Shown: piece by piece, positions 1 to 9,582 of the stretch
Layout: each line of letters starts with the position of its first letter
Numbering within the stretch: position 1 is the stretch's first letter
Made by a program: the position numbers and the translations under genes
The notes under the pieces: model-generated
What the model saw: only the letters and a program-made list of their open reading frames with translations
Databases searched by the model: none
What the model was told of the DNA's origin: nothing
Virus record (IMG/VR): IMGVR_UViG_3300031813_001387
Direction: 5' to 3' (one strand)
DNA length: 64,000 nt
Source of the DNA: an uncultured virus (IMG/VR IMGVR_UViG_3300031813_001387)
Taxonomy: Duplodnaviria; Heunggongvirae; Uroviricota; Caudoviricetes

Positions 1-870
1 CTAGCCGGGGCCGATGATCTGGCTCAGCACGGTCTCCGCCTCGGAAATCCCCTCGTCGCTGATCACCTCCAGCATCCCCTCCACCATGGCGCGCAGCCTT
101 TCTCGCTGGAGGGGGTCGCCTATCCTGTCGAATCTGGCGCTGATCGTCGCCGCCTTGAGTTTGAAGAGGGCGCTTGAGGTGGCCTTGTCGGACATCAACT
201 TCTCTATGTTGCGGTACAGCGATTCGTAGGCCCCAGGCTTATCCGGCAGCAACTCGTCGCTGTCGACCAGCGCCACGGCCAGTTCGACCTCTATGTCCTC
301 TATGACCCCGTCGGCCGCGATGCAGAGGGCCAGCAACTCCGGAACCAGCGCCGCATAGCCGTCCCCGGGGTCGCCGTCGAGCGGCTCGCTCGCCGTCGCG
401 ACCCCCCGGAGGGGGAGCGCGTCCTCCAGCCCGAACCCTCCGCAAGCCTGCCCGGCGTCGGAGAGCTCCCGGTACAAGCTGATCAGCTGGGTGAGCAGGT
501 TGATGAGCAGCTCCCTTTTCACCCGGGACTCCGACATGCCGAATGCGCACCCCGGCAGCAGCTGTATTTCGGAGATGGAGCTGGCGCAGACCTGGTAGCC
601 GCTATGGGAGAGTTCCTCCCAGGAAAGGAAGTTCCTTTCCGTGCCGACCTTCCAGTCGTTCCTGAAGTAGAGCCCCTTCAGGCCGATCACCATGCCGTAG
701 TGGGCGGAGCCGAGGGGCGTCGCGTCAATCAGGGCAAGCGGCGTCTCCTGCTGGTCGACAGGGTAGTGCTGGGCGGCGGACGCAAGCTTGTCGCCGGGGA
801 TATTCCCGTATTTGTAATACCCCTCAGAATTGTAGCTGCTGATAATCGACAGCAATCTGCCCGTGGACAT
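1..870 (-). CDS. Hypothetical protein with C-terminal TerB-like domain
   Basis: ORF 1..1002; ATG at 870 (MSTGRLL) is the more plausible start; C-terminal LLALCIAADGVIEDIEVE resembles the TerB-like motif. Confidence 0.55.
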   Translation of the reverse strand: MSTGRLLSIISSYNSEGYYKYGNIPGDKLASAAQHYPVDQQETPLALIDATPLGSAHYGMVIGLKGLYFRNDWKVGTERNFLSWEELSHSGYQVCASSISEIQLLPGCAFGMSESRVKRELLINLLTQLISLYRELSDAGQACGGFGLEDALPLRGVATASEPLDGDPGDGYAALVPELLALCIAADGVIEDIEVELAVALVDSDELLPDKPGAYESLYRNIEKLMSDKATSSALFKLKAATISARFDRIGDPLQRERLRAMVEGMLEVISDEGISEAETVLSQIIGPG

Positions 871-1187
871 TCCCGCTTCTCCTTGCTCCTGTTGTGCCTG
901 GTGCTTTGGGTCCCAACCAGACCGGCGCACGCCGTGGCACAGCTCAAAACGACTGCCATATAGGGGAAAACAATCGGTACAGGCAGGGAATTCTTTAGCC
1001 ATTTGTTGTTGCAGTCGTTCAAACAGCCGCTTCGCCCTATGAGGTGCCTGGCCCGGAGTTCAGACAGAATTGCCGCTCCCCGGGCCGGCTGCCGCAATGC
1101 CCGTGAGCGGGAGCAGGCTGGCAGTGAGGCGAGCCCCGGGACTCGCGTCGCCTTCCGGGCAAAAAAAAAGGCCCGCCGGATCTCCAT

Positions 1188-1370
1188 TGTGAACTGGGTA
1201 GGACTATGACAGTACCGGGTAGAGCTGGGATAAGGCGGGACATGAAGGGAAGGCTTTGAAGTTCGGGAGGTTAGACCGAAGACATTCTGAGACGTGATTT
1301 GGATCAGATTTGGCAGTAAATCGAACGATTAGCAGGCCACAAAAAAAATATGCAAAAGATTTGGCAGTGG
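1188..1370 (+). repeat. Prophage left end with putative transposase-binding sites
   Basis: TATGACAGTA near the terminus; GTGATTTGG-N7-TTGGCAGT at 1294-1317 matches the reverse complement of the right end; another TTTGGCAGTG near 1360. Confidence 0.75.
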
Positions 1371-1400
1371 AATCCAAGGGTAATCCGCCGACCACATAAA

Positions 1401-1862
1401 TCATTTGAGAGGTATTACGATATCAGATCCGTGCATATCCAATTCCGTGCCCACGATTTCCCGATCAAGTAAAACCGCCATGCACACATCCTTAGTAGAA
1501 GTGATTGTTGATGCATATCTATCCACATAGATATCACAGCTGTGTCCAAATGCATTATACTTTATGGGAATGTCCGACTCTCCATCAGGCACGTAAAATT
1601 TTACCGATATCCCCTTCTCATCTTTTGGACTATAGCTCATACCTTTGAATTCCAACGAATTGCTGTATTTACTAAGTCCAGGACATGTGACGATCATTTT
1701 AGGGATGGCCATGCCAGCCAAGGCCTTCTGACTTTTATCTAATTCAACAGAGATGGGCATTGCTAAAGGCACCCAGGCAGATTCCTTTGGCACGTTAGAA
1801 GAACAGGAACATAGAGAGAATATTGTAGGACATAGGATCAGAAACCATAGTTTAGTTTTCAT
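1401..1862 (-). CDS. Prophage accessory lipoprotein
   Basis: N-terminal MKTKLWFLILCPTIFSLCSC with lipobox-like Cys; AT-rich; directly downstream of the repressor. Confidence 0.65.
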   Translation of the reverse strand: MKTKLWFLILCPTIFSLCSCSSNVPKESAWVPLAMPISVELDKSQKALAGMAIPKMIVTCPGLSKYSNSLEFKGMSYSPKDEKGISVKFYVPDGESDIPIKYNAFGHSCDIYVDRYASTITSTKDVCMAVLLDREIVGTELDMHGSDIVIPLK

Positions 1863-1875
1863 AGTTACCCCTTAT

Positions 1876-2307
1876 TTATTTGTTTAGATCTTCTCCAAGC
1901 TTCATCCCAAGCCCTTCCATACCTTTTTTAACTTCCTTGCGACCCTTTAATACCTGCAGCACGAATTTTTTAGCCTCAGGCAGATCGTGCTGAAGGATGC
2001 TCAGTATCTCCTCCAGCTCGGCATCGTAGTTCGTCGTCCACACTATCCCAGGCTCTTTCGCGGTGCTCTCCGGGTGCTTCTCTCCGCTTACTACTCCATG
2101 GAGCTTTATTATGCCCTTGCCTGTCACGAACCAGGCCGGGTTGATATCTGGATAAGCCTCCAGGATGAGTGCGATCTCCTGGGCATCTGGGAACTGCTCC
2201 CCTCGCTCCCACCTGGCGATCGTGTTCTTATGCACGCCGAGCTGGAGCGCAAAGTCGTCCCGGCTCTTTTCGCCCCGCACCATTTTAAGTCTATCACCAA
2301 AAGTCAT
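1876..2307 (-). CDS. Phage repressor, XRE/CI-type HTH
   Basis: GDRLKMVR...SRDDFALQLGVHKNTIARWERGEQFP HTH and INPAWFVTGKG; divergent from ner-like gene. Confidence 0.85.
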   Translation of the reverse strand: MTFGDRLKMVRGEKSRDDFALQLGVHKNTIARWERGEQFPDAQEIALILEAYPDINPAWFVTGKGIIKLHGVVSGEKHPESTAKEPGIVWTTNYDAELEEILSILQHDLPEAKKFVLQVLKGRKEVKKGMEGLGMKLGEDLNK

Positions 2308-2330
2308 ATCACACCAAATTTAGTCATGTC

Positions 2331-2481
2331 CCTGGTTGTCACTTCGTCCAGGGCGAACTGACAACCAGGACAAGATAAGAACCCAACCGGTTGTCAGTTC
2401 ATTAAGTAGCTGAAAAATAGCGTAAATTATGGCTATAGGACAAAAAACGGTTGTCAGTTGCACAGAAATGAGGTGACAACC
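2331..2481. promoter_or_regulatory. Operator/enhancer region between repressor and ner
   Basis: Five GGTTGTCA/TGACAACC copies at 2334, 2359, 2389, 2449 and 2474. Confidence 0.65.
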
Positions 2482-2529
2482 TATTTTTGGTGTTGACAGA
2501 CACCAAAAATAGGTCTAGAAACTGTATTC

Positions 2530-2751
2530 ATGGATACACGAAGAGTACCAAAAAAACCCGAGGATCGTCGGGCCTGGATCAGGTGGATGCTGGATATGAA
2601 CGGTACGTCTTTCGCTGCCATCGGCCGCGAGATAGGTGTTACCCGTGGCGCTGTCAGACATTGCCAGTGGAGGCATTACCCTCGCATGGAACAGGCGGTC
2701 GCCAAGAAGATCGGCTTCCGGCCTGAACAGATTTGGCCGGAAAGATATTAG
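2530..2751 (+). CDS. ner: Ner-like DNA-binding regulator
   Basis: 73-aa HTH ending in the Ner-family motif EQAVAKKIG..PEQIWPERY; first gene of the early operon. Confidence 0.8.
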   Translation: MDTRRVPKKPEDRRAWIRWMLDMNGTSFAAIGREIGVTRGAVRHCQWRHYPRMEQAVAKKIGFRPEQIWPERY

Positions 2752-2804
2752 CCCAATTTTAATGGGGAATATAGCAAATCGATTGTCATGGGGCAATAAC
2801 TAAG

Positions 2805-3269
2805 ATGCGGAAGAAATTAGTCAGCGACGATGGACAGCTAACCATTTTTGATATCTTGAGCCGGGAGCGGGATGAAGTCATCTCTACCCTGCCCGGGCGA
2901 CTCAATGTTTCCATCGCGTTTAACGCCGCTTTAAAGTCCGCCCTGCGCAGTGCCCCCAAGTCCCGGGAAGCCGTCGCAGATGAAATGACCGATCTGTTAG
3001 GTGTCGAGATCGCCGTTGGCCAGATCAATAACTGGGTCGCCGACAGCCACCCGCACCGCATGCCCGCCGAGTTCCTCTCCGCCTTCTGCACCGCGACTAA
3101 TTGCAATGAGCCGCTGGAGATCCTCAACACATCCGCCGGCGTCTTCACGGTCCGAGGCCCCGACGCCCTGCGTGCCGAGATGCAGAAGGATGTGGAGATC
3201 AGGAAGGGCATAGATAAGCGCATCCGGCAAAAAGAGGCTCTGATCAAGGTCCTGGAGGGTAAGCCATGA
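2805..3269 (+). CDS. Mu-like phage early hypothetical protein, probable DNA-binding
   Basis: 154-aa ORF between ner and transposase; overlaps the transposase start. Confidence 0.7.
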   Translation: MRKKLVSDDGQLTIFDILSRERDEVISTLPGRLNVSIAFNAALKSALRSAPKSREAVADEMTDLLGVEIAVGQINNWVADSHPHRMPAEFLSAFCTATNCNEPLEILNTSAGVFTVRGPDALRAEMQKDVEIRKGIDKRIRQKEALIKVLEGKP

Positions 3270-5455
3270 AGACAGCGACCATCACGGAAATCGCGACAGC
3301 CCTGGGCATCAGCCGCCAAGCAGTAAGCAGCCGGGCGAAGAAAAACGACTGGCAGGCAACCGGAGAAATCGTGCGCGGAGGCGGTGACAAGTACAGCGTG
3401 TCCGAGATCCCGCTCACCACGACGGAGCGCAAGAAGATCAAGAAGTACCTCAGCACCCTGCAGATCACCCAGACCGACGCCGTCGCCGTTATCCCGGAGA
3501 TCTCCCCTGCCCCGGCCCGGACCACCGCCCTTACCATGTTTTCCGCCGTCGAGCTCCCCGTGCCCTCCGCCCTCAGGGATAGCCAGCGCGCCTGCATGGA
3601 TGCCCGCCTCGGTCTGATGCGCTTCATCGAGAACTCCCTGGGTAACGCGACGCAGACTATCGAGTACCTGGTGAAAGGCTCGCATGCCGGCACCCTGCAG
3701 CCAGAGCTGCAGGCCCTGGTTCCGGTCGCCAACGCCCGCGCCGACAAACTCGGTAAGCGCGCGCTCTCCGAACGGTCCCTATGGAGATGGTGGAAAGAGC
3801 ACAAAGCATCCGACGGCAACTGCGTCGCCCTGGCGCCGGCCAGCCAGCTGCCGCGTATCGAGGCCCCCTGGGTGGAATCGTTCATGAAGTGCTGGAAGAA
3901 GCCGCAGAAGCCGAAGCTGACCGAGGTGCTTGAGGACCTGCAGGATAAGATCCCGGCGGGGATCGCCATGCCGAGCTACGACCAGGCACGCCGTTACCTG
4001 CTCACCCTGGGCGCCCTGGAGCTCAACAAGGGACGTATGACGGGGAACGCCCTGGCCACCCTCAAGCCCTACCGGCGCCGCCTCACCGACCACATGCTCC
4101 CGGGAGACTGCTACACCGCCGACGGCCACGCCTACGACGCCGAGGTGGCCCACCCCTACCACGGCCAGCCCTTCCGCCCGGAGATTACGCCCGTCCTGGA
4201 CGTCGCGACCCGCATGGTGGTCGGCTGGTCCTGCGACCTCGCCGAGAGCGGACTCGCGGTCCTGGACGCCCTGCGCGGCGCCTGTGAGACCTTCGGCCCC
4301 TGCGTCATCTTCTACACCGACAACGGCAAGGGCTTCAAGAACCAGATGATGACCGGCCCGGGCATCGGCATCCTGAGCCGGTGCGGCATCACCCCTGAGT
4401 ACTCCCGGCCACGCAACCCGCAGGCCCACGGCATCAGTGAACGCGCCCACCAGACCATCCTGATCAAGTCAGCCCGCGAGCTCTGCACCTACATCGGCAA
4501 GGATATGGACTCGGACGCCAAGCAGCTGGTGTTCAAGAAGACTCGTGCCGAGCTGAAGGCGGGCGAGAGTTCCGGCATCCTCATCGAGTGGTACGACTTC
4601 ATCGAGCACGTAAACCAGGCGATCGTCGATTACAACAACCGGCCGCACAAGGGTCTCCCCTCCTATCGCGACCCGGCAACCCGCAAGCGCTGCTACCTCT
4701 CTCCGGCCCAGGCCTGGCAGCTGGGCATCCAGCGCATGCAGAAGGATCTGCCGCAGGTGGAGTGGCTGCAGCCGGCCAACGAGCTTCCCGACCTCTACCA
4801 CCCGGCCGTTGAGCGCACCGTGGACCGCGGCTGGGTCCGACTGGGCATGAACCGGAACGGGCAGCCTAAGATGTACTACGGCTCCGACCTGGTCAACTGG
4901 CACGGTGAGCGGGTCACCGTCGCCTTCAGCCCGTCAGATCCCGCCCAGGTATGGGTCCGCGATCTGGCCCACGGTCGGCTCATCGCGGTGGCCAAGCTGA
5001 ACGGAAACTCCGACCCTTACTTCGCCCAGTCCTATATCGACGAGAAGCGCGAAGTCCGTGCCGATGCCCGTCTCAAGCGGGTGCAGCACAAGATCGAGGA
5101 GATCGAGCTGGAGCGGCGCGGCAGCCAGCCCATCACCATCAGCTCCGAGGCCGCGGCAGCCCGGGAGAACCTGGTGATCGAACTGACCAGCGCGCCCGTA
5201 CCGGAGCCGGCTGCAGCTGCTCCAGCCCGATCACTGCCTGCAGCGGCACCCAGCCAGGTACGGCCCGTATTCAGCCTGCCGGCCACCCAGCGCGGTAAGT
5301 ATCAGTATTGGGGTTTGATCGACGCGCGGATCAGCGCGGGAGAGGAGATCACCGAGGACGAAAAACGCTTCCATAGCGGCTACCAGACCACGACAGCCTG
5401 GAAGACGGAACGGATGCTCGATGTCGAACTGGAACCGGTACAGGCCGCTAAGTAG
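3266..5455 (+). CDS. Mu-type DDE transposase (MuA-like)
   Basis: N-terminal HTH; catalytic motifs YTADGH, YTDNG and GISERAH; YNNRPH; 729 aa, intact. Confidence 0.93.
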   Translation: MKTATITEIATALGISRQAVSSRAKKNDWQATGEIVRGGGDKYSVSEIPLTTTERKKIKKYLSTLQITQTDAVAVIPEISPAPARTTALTMFSAVELPVPSALRDSQRACMDARLGLMRFIENSLGNATQTIEYLVKGSHAGTLQPELQALVPVANARADKLGKRALSERSLWRWWKEHKASDGNCVALAPASQLPRIEAPWVESFMKCWKKPQKPKLTEVLEDLQDKIPAGIAMPSYDQARRYLLTLGALELNKGRMTGNALATLKPYRRRLTDHMLPGDCYTADGHAYDAEVAHPYHGQPFRPEITPVLDVATRMVVGWSCDLAESGLAVLDALRGACETFGPCVIFYTDNGKGFKNQMMTGPGIGILSRCGITPEYSRPRNPQAHGISERAHQTILIKSARELCTYIGKDMDSDAKQLVFKKTRAELKAGESSGILIEWYDFIEHVNQAIVDYNNRPHKGLPSYRDPATRKRCYLSPAQAWQLGIQRMQKDLPQVEWLQPANELPDLYHPAVERTVDRGWVRLGMNRNGQPKMYYGSDLVNWHGERVTVAFSPSDPAQVWVRDLAHGRLIAVAKLNGNSDPYFAQSYIDEKREVRADARLKRVQHKIEEIELERRGSQPITISSEAAAARENLVIELTSAPVPEPAAAAPARSLPAAAPSQVRPVFSLPATQRGKYQYWGLIDARISAGEEITEDEKRFHSGYQTTTAWKTERMLDVELEPVQAAK

Positions 5456-5467
5456 AGGGGGATTACA

Positions 5468-5815
5468 GTGCAAAATATCATTCTTACAAAAGACGAAATC
5501 GAGATGCACCGGCCATATCTGAGAGACGGCATTGCGGCAGGTATCTGGAATAACTCCGATGGCCATATCTCCGATGCGCCTAAGCTGTCGGCCCTCATCG
5601 AGATCGACGTTAACGACTATGTACGCCCTGTTGGTGAGGATTGGGACGTTGATGCCTGGGAGGCACGTCAGGGCTACATCTACGCTCCGGCAACCCGGGA
5701 GAACTGGAAGGTCTGCTACCGGATCGCCAGAGGATTCATGAAAGGGCCGGTCACTATAACCGATAGGGACGGGATGAAGCTGGAGCTGCCGTCAATCACC
5801 ACGATCAACTGTTAA
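5468..5815 (+). CDS. Hypothetical protein between transposase and ATPase
   Basis: GTG start after GAGGGG RBS; 115 aa; no recognised motif. Confidence 0.6.
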   Translation: MQNIILTKDEIEMHRPYLRDGIAAGIWNNSDGHISDAPKLSALIEIDVNDYVRPVGEDWDVDAWEARQGYIYAPATRENWKVCYRIARGFMKGPVTITDRDGMKLELPSITTINC

Positions 5816-5890
5816 AACGAAAAAAACCGGGGCAGCAACCCCGGTCTCTCCGCCCTTACGGGCATGAACAACTATGAACTGGAGGTAAGT

Positions 5891-6685
5891 ATGCAACAAC
5901 CTGCACTGGCTGTCAATGAACTTGCACCACTTGTGAATGTGGGTCTCATGTACGCCGCAACCAAGCGCACCATGGACCGTTCCCGTCATCTCCCCGGCAT
6001 GGTCGTCTTCTACGGCCCGGCCGGCTGGGGGAAGACCTGCGCAGCCAGCTTCGTAGCCAACAGCCTCGATGCCTACCACATCCAGATCCTCTCCTTCTGG
6101 AACCGCCGCGAGTTCTTCGTCCAGCTCTGCATCGAGCTCGGCATCAACCCCAAGAAGGACCCTATTACCGGGAAGCCGATCAAGCCCTCCATCGCCAGCA
6201 TGGGCGCCCAAATCTGCGAGGCCCTCGGCATGTCCCAGAAGCCGCTCATCATCGACGAAGCCGACATCGCGGTCGCCCGCGGCTACATCGACGACATCCG
6301 CGCCATCTTCGAGGGTTCTAAGACCACCGTCATCATGATAGGCGAGGAGACCCTCCCGGACGCCCTGCTTCGTTGGGAACGCATCCACAGCCGTGTCCTG
6401 GAGTGGGTTCCGGCCCAGCCGCCCGACGTCCAGGACGCCATGACCCTCTCCAAGAAATTCGCCCGGGGCGGCATCACCATAGCCGACGACATGGTCGCCA
6501 TGCTGCACCTGAAAAGCGGCGCCTCGATCCGCCGCATCTGTGTCAACCTAGAGCGTATCCAGGACTTCGCCCAGGAGAACGGTATCAGCGTCGTGGACAG
6601 CTCCACCTGGGGCGATCGGCCGCTCTACACCGGTGCCCCGCCGCCCCGCGGCACCGGCCCGCAGCCCCCGAAAGGGCGGAGGTAG
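5891..6685 (+). CDS. Transposition AAA+ ATPase (MuB-like)
   Basis: Walker A GPAGWGKT, Walker B LIIDEAD, RIHSR; GGAGG RBS at 5881 supports ATG 5891. Confidence 0.9.
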   Translation: MQQPALAVNELAPLVNVGLMYAATKRTMDRSRHLPGMVVFYGPAGWGKTCAASFVANSLDAYHIQILSFWNRREFFVQLCIELGINPKKDPITGKPIKPSIASMGAQICEALGMSQKPLIIDEADIAVARGYIDDIRAIFEGSKTTVIMIGEETLPDALLRWERIHSRVLEWVPAQPPDVQDAMTLSKKFARGGITIADDMVAMLHLKSGASIRRICVNLERIQDFAQENGISVVDSSTWGDRPLYTGAPPPRGTGPQPPKGRR

Positions 6686-6687
6686 CA

Positions 6688-7278
6688 ATGTCCCAGAAAC
6701 CCGTCGATAAACGCAGCCCGCTCAGCACTAGGGCCGCCCTTTGGAAGATCATGCGCGAGCTCGGCACCTTCAACGGACCGGAGCTCGCCAAACATACCAC
6801 CTACCACCTGAGCACGGTGAAGAGCTACCTGCAGGGGCTCACGGCAGCCGGATACCTGAGCATCGATCCGGCCGTTAAGACCTCGGTCACCTACATCCTG
6901 GATACGACTCTCGCCCCGGCCGATCCGCCGCGCGTCCGCAAGGACGGCAGTCAGGTCACCCAGGGTCAGGGGCGCAAGAACCTCTGGCGCACCGCTAAGA
7001 TCATGGGGGAGTTCAGCGTGGTGGAGCTGGCCGTGTTCGCCAGCACTGACACCGTGAAGGTCAGCGAGATCGAAGCCGCCGACTATGTCTATCACCTTGT
7101 TAAGGCGGGCTATCTCACCCTTGTGCAAGCTTCCAAAACGACCGGAGGGCGCGCCCGGTACCGGACCGTACCCTCCCGCTACAGCGGCCCGCTCGCCCCC
7201 CAGGTCCAGCGCGTAAAGCAGGTCTACGACCCGAACACCGGCGCCGTGGTCTGGAGCGGAGGCGCCGATGGAAAGTAA
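6688..7278 (+). CDS. Mu-like early protein with tandem winged-HTH-like repeats
   Basis: Start MSQKPVDK after GGAGG; two related segments YLQGLTAAGYL and YVYHLVKAGYL. Confidence 0.7.
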   Translation: MSQKPVDKRSPLSTRAALWKIMRELGTFNGPELAKHTTYHLSTVKSYLQGLTAAGYLSIDPAVKTSVTYILDTTLAPADPPRVRKDGSQVTQGQGRKNLWRTAKIMGEFSVVELAVFASTDTVKVSEIEAADYVYHLVKAGYLTLVQASKTTGGRARYRTVPSRYSGPLAPQVQRVKQVYDPNTGAVVWSGGADGK

Positions 7279-7594
7279 GGCGCGCGAGATCCTGGCCCAG
7301 GCCATCCTGGAGCGCAACGACGAGCGCGGCATCGGCGGCAGCTCCAAGGTCGCGGCAGAGCTCGGCTGCACACCATCCCTGGTAAGCCAGCTGGCCTCCG
7401 GGACCTATCCGAGCCCGCGCAAGTGGACGCCGATCATCATGGAGAAATACAGCAACGAGACGGTCGATTGCCCGGTTGTCGGTGCGATCAGCCTGGAGCG
7501 CTGCCGCATCGAGCGCGAGCGGCCCTACAGCATGGGTAACCCCACCAGGGGGGAGCTCTCACGGACCTGCCCCAAGTGCGGGGTGAAGCTATGA
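7268..7594 (+). CDS. Phage HTH protein with C-terminal Cys cluster
   Basis: VAAELGCTPSLVSQL HTH; CPVVG...C...CPKC. Confidence 0.7.
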   Translation: MESKAREILAQAILERNDERGIGGSSKVAAELGCTPSLVSQLASGTYPSPRKWTPIIMEKYSNETVDCPVVGAISLERCRIERERPYSMGNPTRGELSRTCPKCGVKL

Positions 7595-7707
7595 TCAGCG
7601 CCTGGTGGCTGATACCGGCCTTTATAATCGGCCTTTTCGGAGGCATTTACGTTGCCGCTTGCTGTCAGGAATTCAAGCGGACTGGACACTCTAACCCACA
7701 CTTTTAA
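7591..7707 (+). CDS. Small membrane peptide, 38 aa (not in ORF track)
   Basis: ATGA overlap with previous stop; MISAWWLIPAFIIGLFGGIYVAACCQEFKRTGHSNPHF. Confidence 0.5.
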   Translation: MISAWWLIPAFIIGLFGGIYVAACCQEFKRTGHSNPHF

Positions 7708-7721
7708 AGGGGGATTCACCG

Positions 7722-8003
7722 ATGTTGAAGCGTGTCATAAAGTTATTGGAGCAGATTCGTCCCGGTCAGCCCAAGCAAGCAACCGATCCCGTGGTCGAGT
7801 CGGCCTTGCGGGGTGTGCGCGAGCTGGCCAAACAGGATTCCCCCCTTAACGGCAATCCCCTGGCGCGGCCCGGGGCGGACGGCACCGTGTTCGCTATGAA
7901 CAACATGGAGCTGGACCGGATACTGGAGCGCAAGCAGGGAAGCAGGTTCCTGGTGACCGATAACGCGAAGGTCATCAACCTTGGCGCCTGGGGGCAGTGC
8001 TGA
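7722..8003 (+). CDS. Phage hypothetical protein
   Basis: 93-aa ORF with AAGGGGG RBS in the early operon. Confidence 0.6.
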   Translation: MLKRVIKLLEQIRPGQPKQATDPVVESALRGVRELAKQDSPLNGNPLARPGADGTVFAMNNMELDRILERKQGSRFLVTDNAKVINLGAWGQC

Positions 8004-8040
8004 TGAACGAGGCGGGAGAGTTCCCGGGCGGCGGCCCGGA

Positions 8041-9078
8041 ATGGGCCTGCGACTGGTACGGTACACCAAGGAGGCGATTGTCCGCTACCTGCAGATCCTC
8101 GGACCTGCCTATCCGACCGTCTGCATGGACACCTTCTTCACCAATCGGCCGCAGCAGCCCACCCCGCTGATCGGTAGCGATATCGTCAAGCAGTTCATCA
8201 AGACGATCGCACTTTCCCGGCGCGGCGCTCCGGCCATCTCCATCGGGGGCAACACCGGCCAGACCCAGTTTTACGAGCCGCTCCCCATTAAGCCGAAAAT
8301 CGGCGTCAACGGCGTGGACCTCAACAACCTGCGCATGTTCATGCAGCAGGCCAACAGCAAATCGCTTCTGGAGACCTGGGCGCAGACCAAAACGGACATC
8401 CTGCGCAAGACCGTCCGCGCGACAACCGAGGCGATTTGCGCCCGGGCGCTCACCGGCAAGATCGTTTACCCCGTGGCGCTCGAAGGTGGCGGTTACGACA
8501 CCTTTTCCATCGACTACGGCGCCCCCCAGGCCCTCGATGCCGGGAGCTTCAAGCTCCTGGACGACCCCACGATAAAGATCTCGGACATCCAGAAAATGCT
8601 CGTGAAGATCCGAAAAGTCTTCCAGCGTTCCGGCATCAGCGGCGAGATCGTCTACTGGGCCGGCGAGGACGTCTACAACGCCCTTTTCGACCTGGTCTCC
8701 AGGGTTCTGACCTCCTCCAAGCTCATCATGGAGGCAGGCGTAAAGCTGGAAACCAACGAAGAGTTCGTGATGATCGGACAAACCAAGATCTGGCTGAGGT
8801 GCGAGGAGTACATAGACCCGCAGACCGGCGCCTTCACCTCGATCATCCCCGCCAACACCCTTAAGGCCGTCGCCAAGGACGCGGGGCACCAGATGCCCTA
8901 TGCGGCCCTGGACGATCTCGACAGCAACCTGGAGCCGATGCCGCTCTTCATCAAGCCGATCCGGCTTCTCGATGGCAGCGGCTACGATCTGCAGGCTGAG
9001 TCCAAGCCGCTGCCGGTCGTGAACTCCCTGGGGATCTGCGACGTCGTTCTCCTGGGCGCCGCTCCGCCGGCCGACTAA
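8041..9078 (+). pseudogene. Major capsid protein (capsid E-like), probably missing its native start at a deletion junction
   Basis: MDTFFTNRPQ...RRGAP and ESKPLPV motifs; lies before gp36-like gene; no clear RBS; directly follows early genes. Confidence 0.65.
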
Positions 9079-9143
9079 CACCGCGTCCATTAACATTTGA
9101 CCAAAAAGCCGGGGGCGTCATCGCCTCCGGCCTGGAGAAAACA

Positions 9144-9563
9144 ATGAAAAACTTGATTTTCGTTACCGCCCTCTTGCTTGTCGCAGTTTGCTCGCCGGCG
9201 TTGGCCACCAATGTCAAGGCAACTCATGCCGGCGACATGGACTATTTTCAGGGCCTCCCCGTCCAGAACCTGAAAGCCCTCAACGCCACACCGTCCAAGA
9301 GCGCCTGTACCACGACCACGGCCACCAAGGGGACCATCGCCACCTTCGCGGTCGACGACTACCGAGCGGCCCAGTTCGCCACCGTCAACCCGGCCACCGG
9401 CGCGGGCCTGGCTGTCAAGCGCTGCCTGAACACCAATACGGCCTGCATGCCGACTCCCCTGGGTACCGGCGAGGTGGGACTCAAGAAGGGGGTCACCTCC
9501 CTGGTATTCCAGCGCTACTCTGGAACCTCGGCAACCTACCAGACCTGCATCGATCTGCAGTAA
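9144..9563 (+). CDS. Secreted-type hypothetical protein
   Basis: GGAG RBS; MKNLIFVTALLLVAVCSPALA signal-peptide-like N-terminus. Confidence 0.7.
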   Translation: MKNLIFVTALLLVAVCSPALATNVKATHAGDMDYFQGLPVQNLKALNATPSKSACTTTTATKGTIATFAVDDYRAAQFATVNPATGAGLAVKRCLNTNTACMPTPLGTGEVGLKKGVTSLVFQRYSGTSATYQTCIDLQ

Positions 9564-9582
9564 GCGGCAACCCGGGGGAATC

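Noticed and set aside
1111..1130. CTGGCAGTGAG as a prophage end site
   Set aside because: Lies outside the TCCAT/TG boundary at 1188; probably a chance match.
7981..8040. N-terminal extension of the capsid ORF from TTG 7981
   Set aside because: Overlaps the previous gene and is out-of-frame early-gene sequence upstream of the inferred deletion junction.
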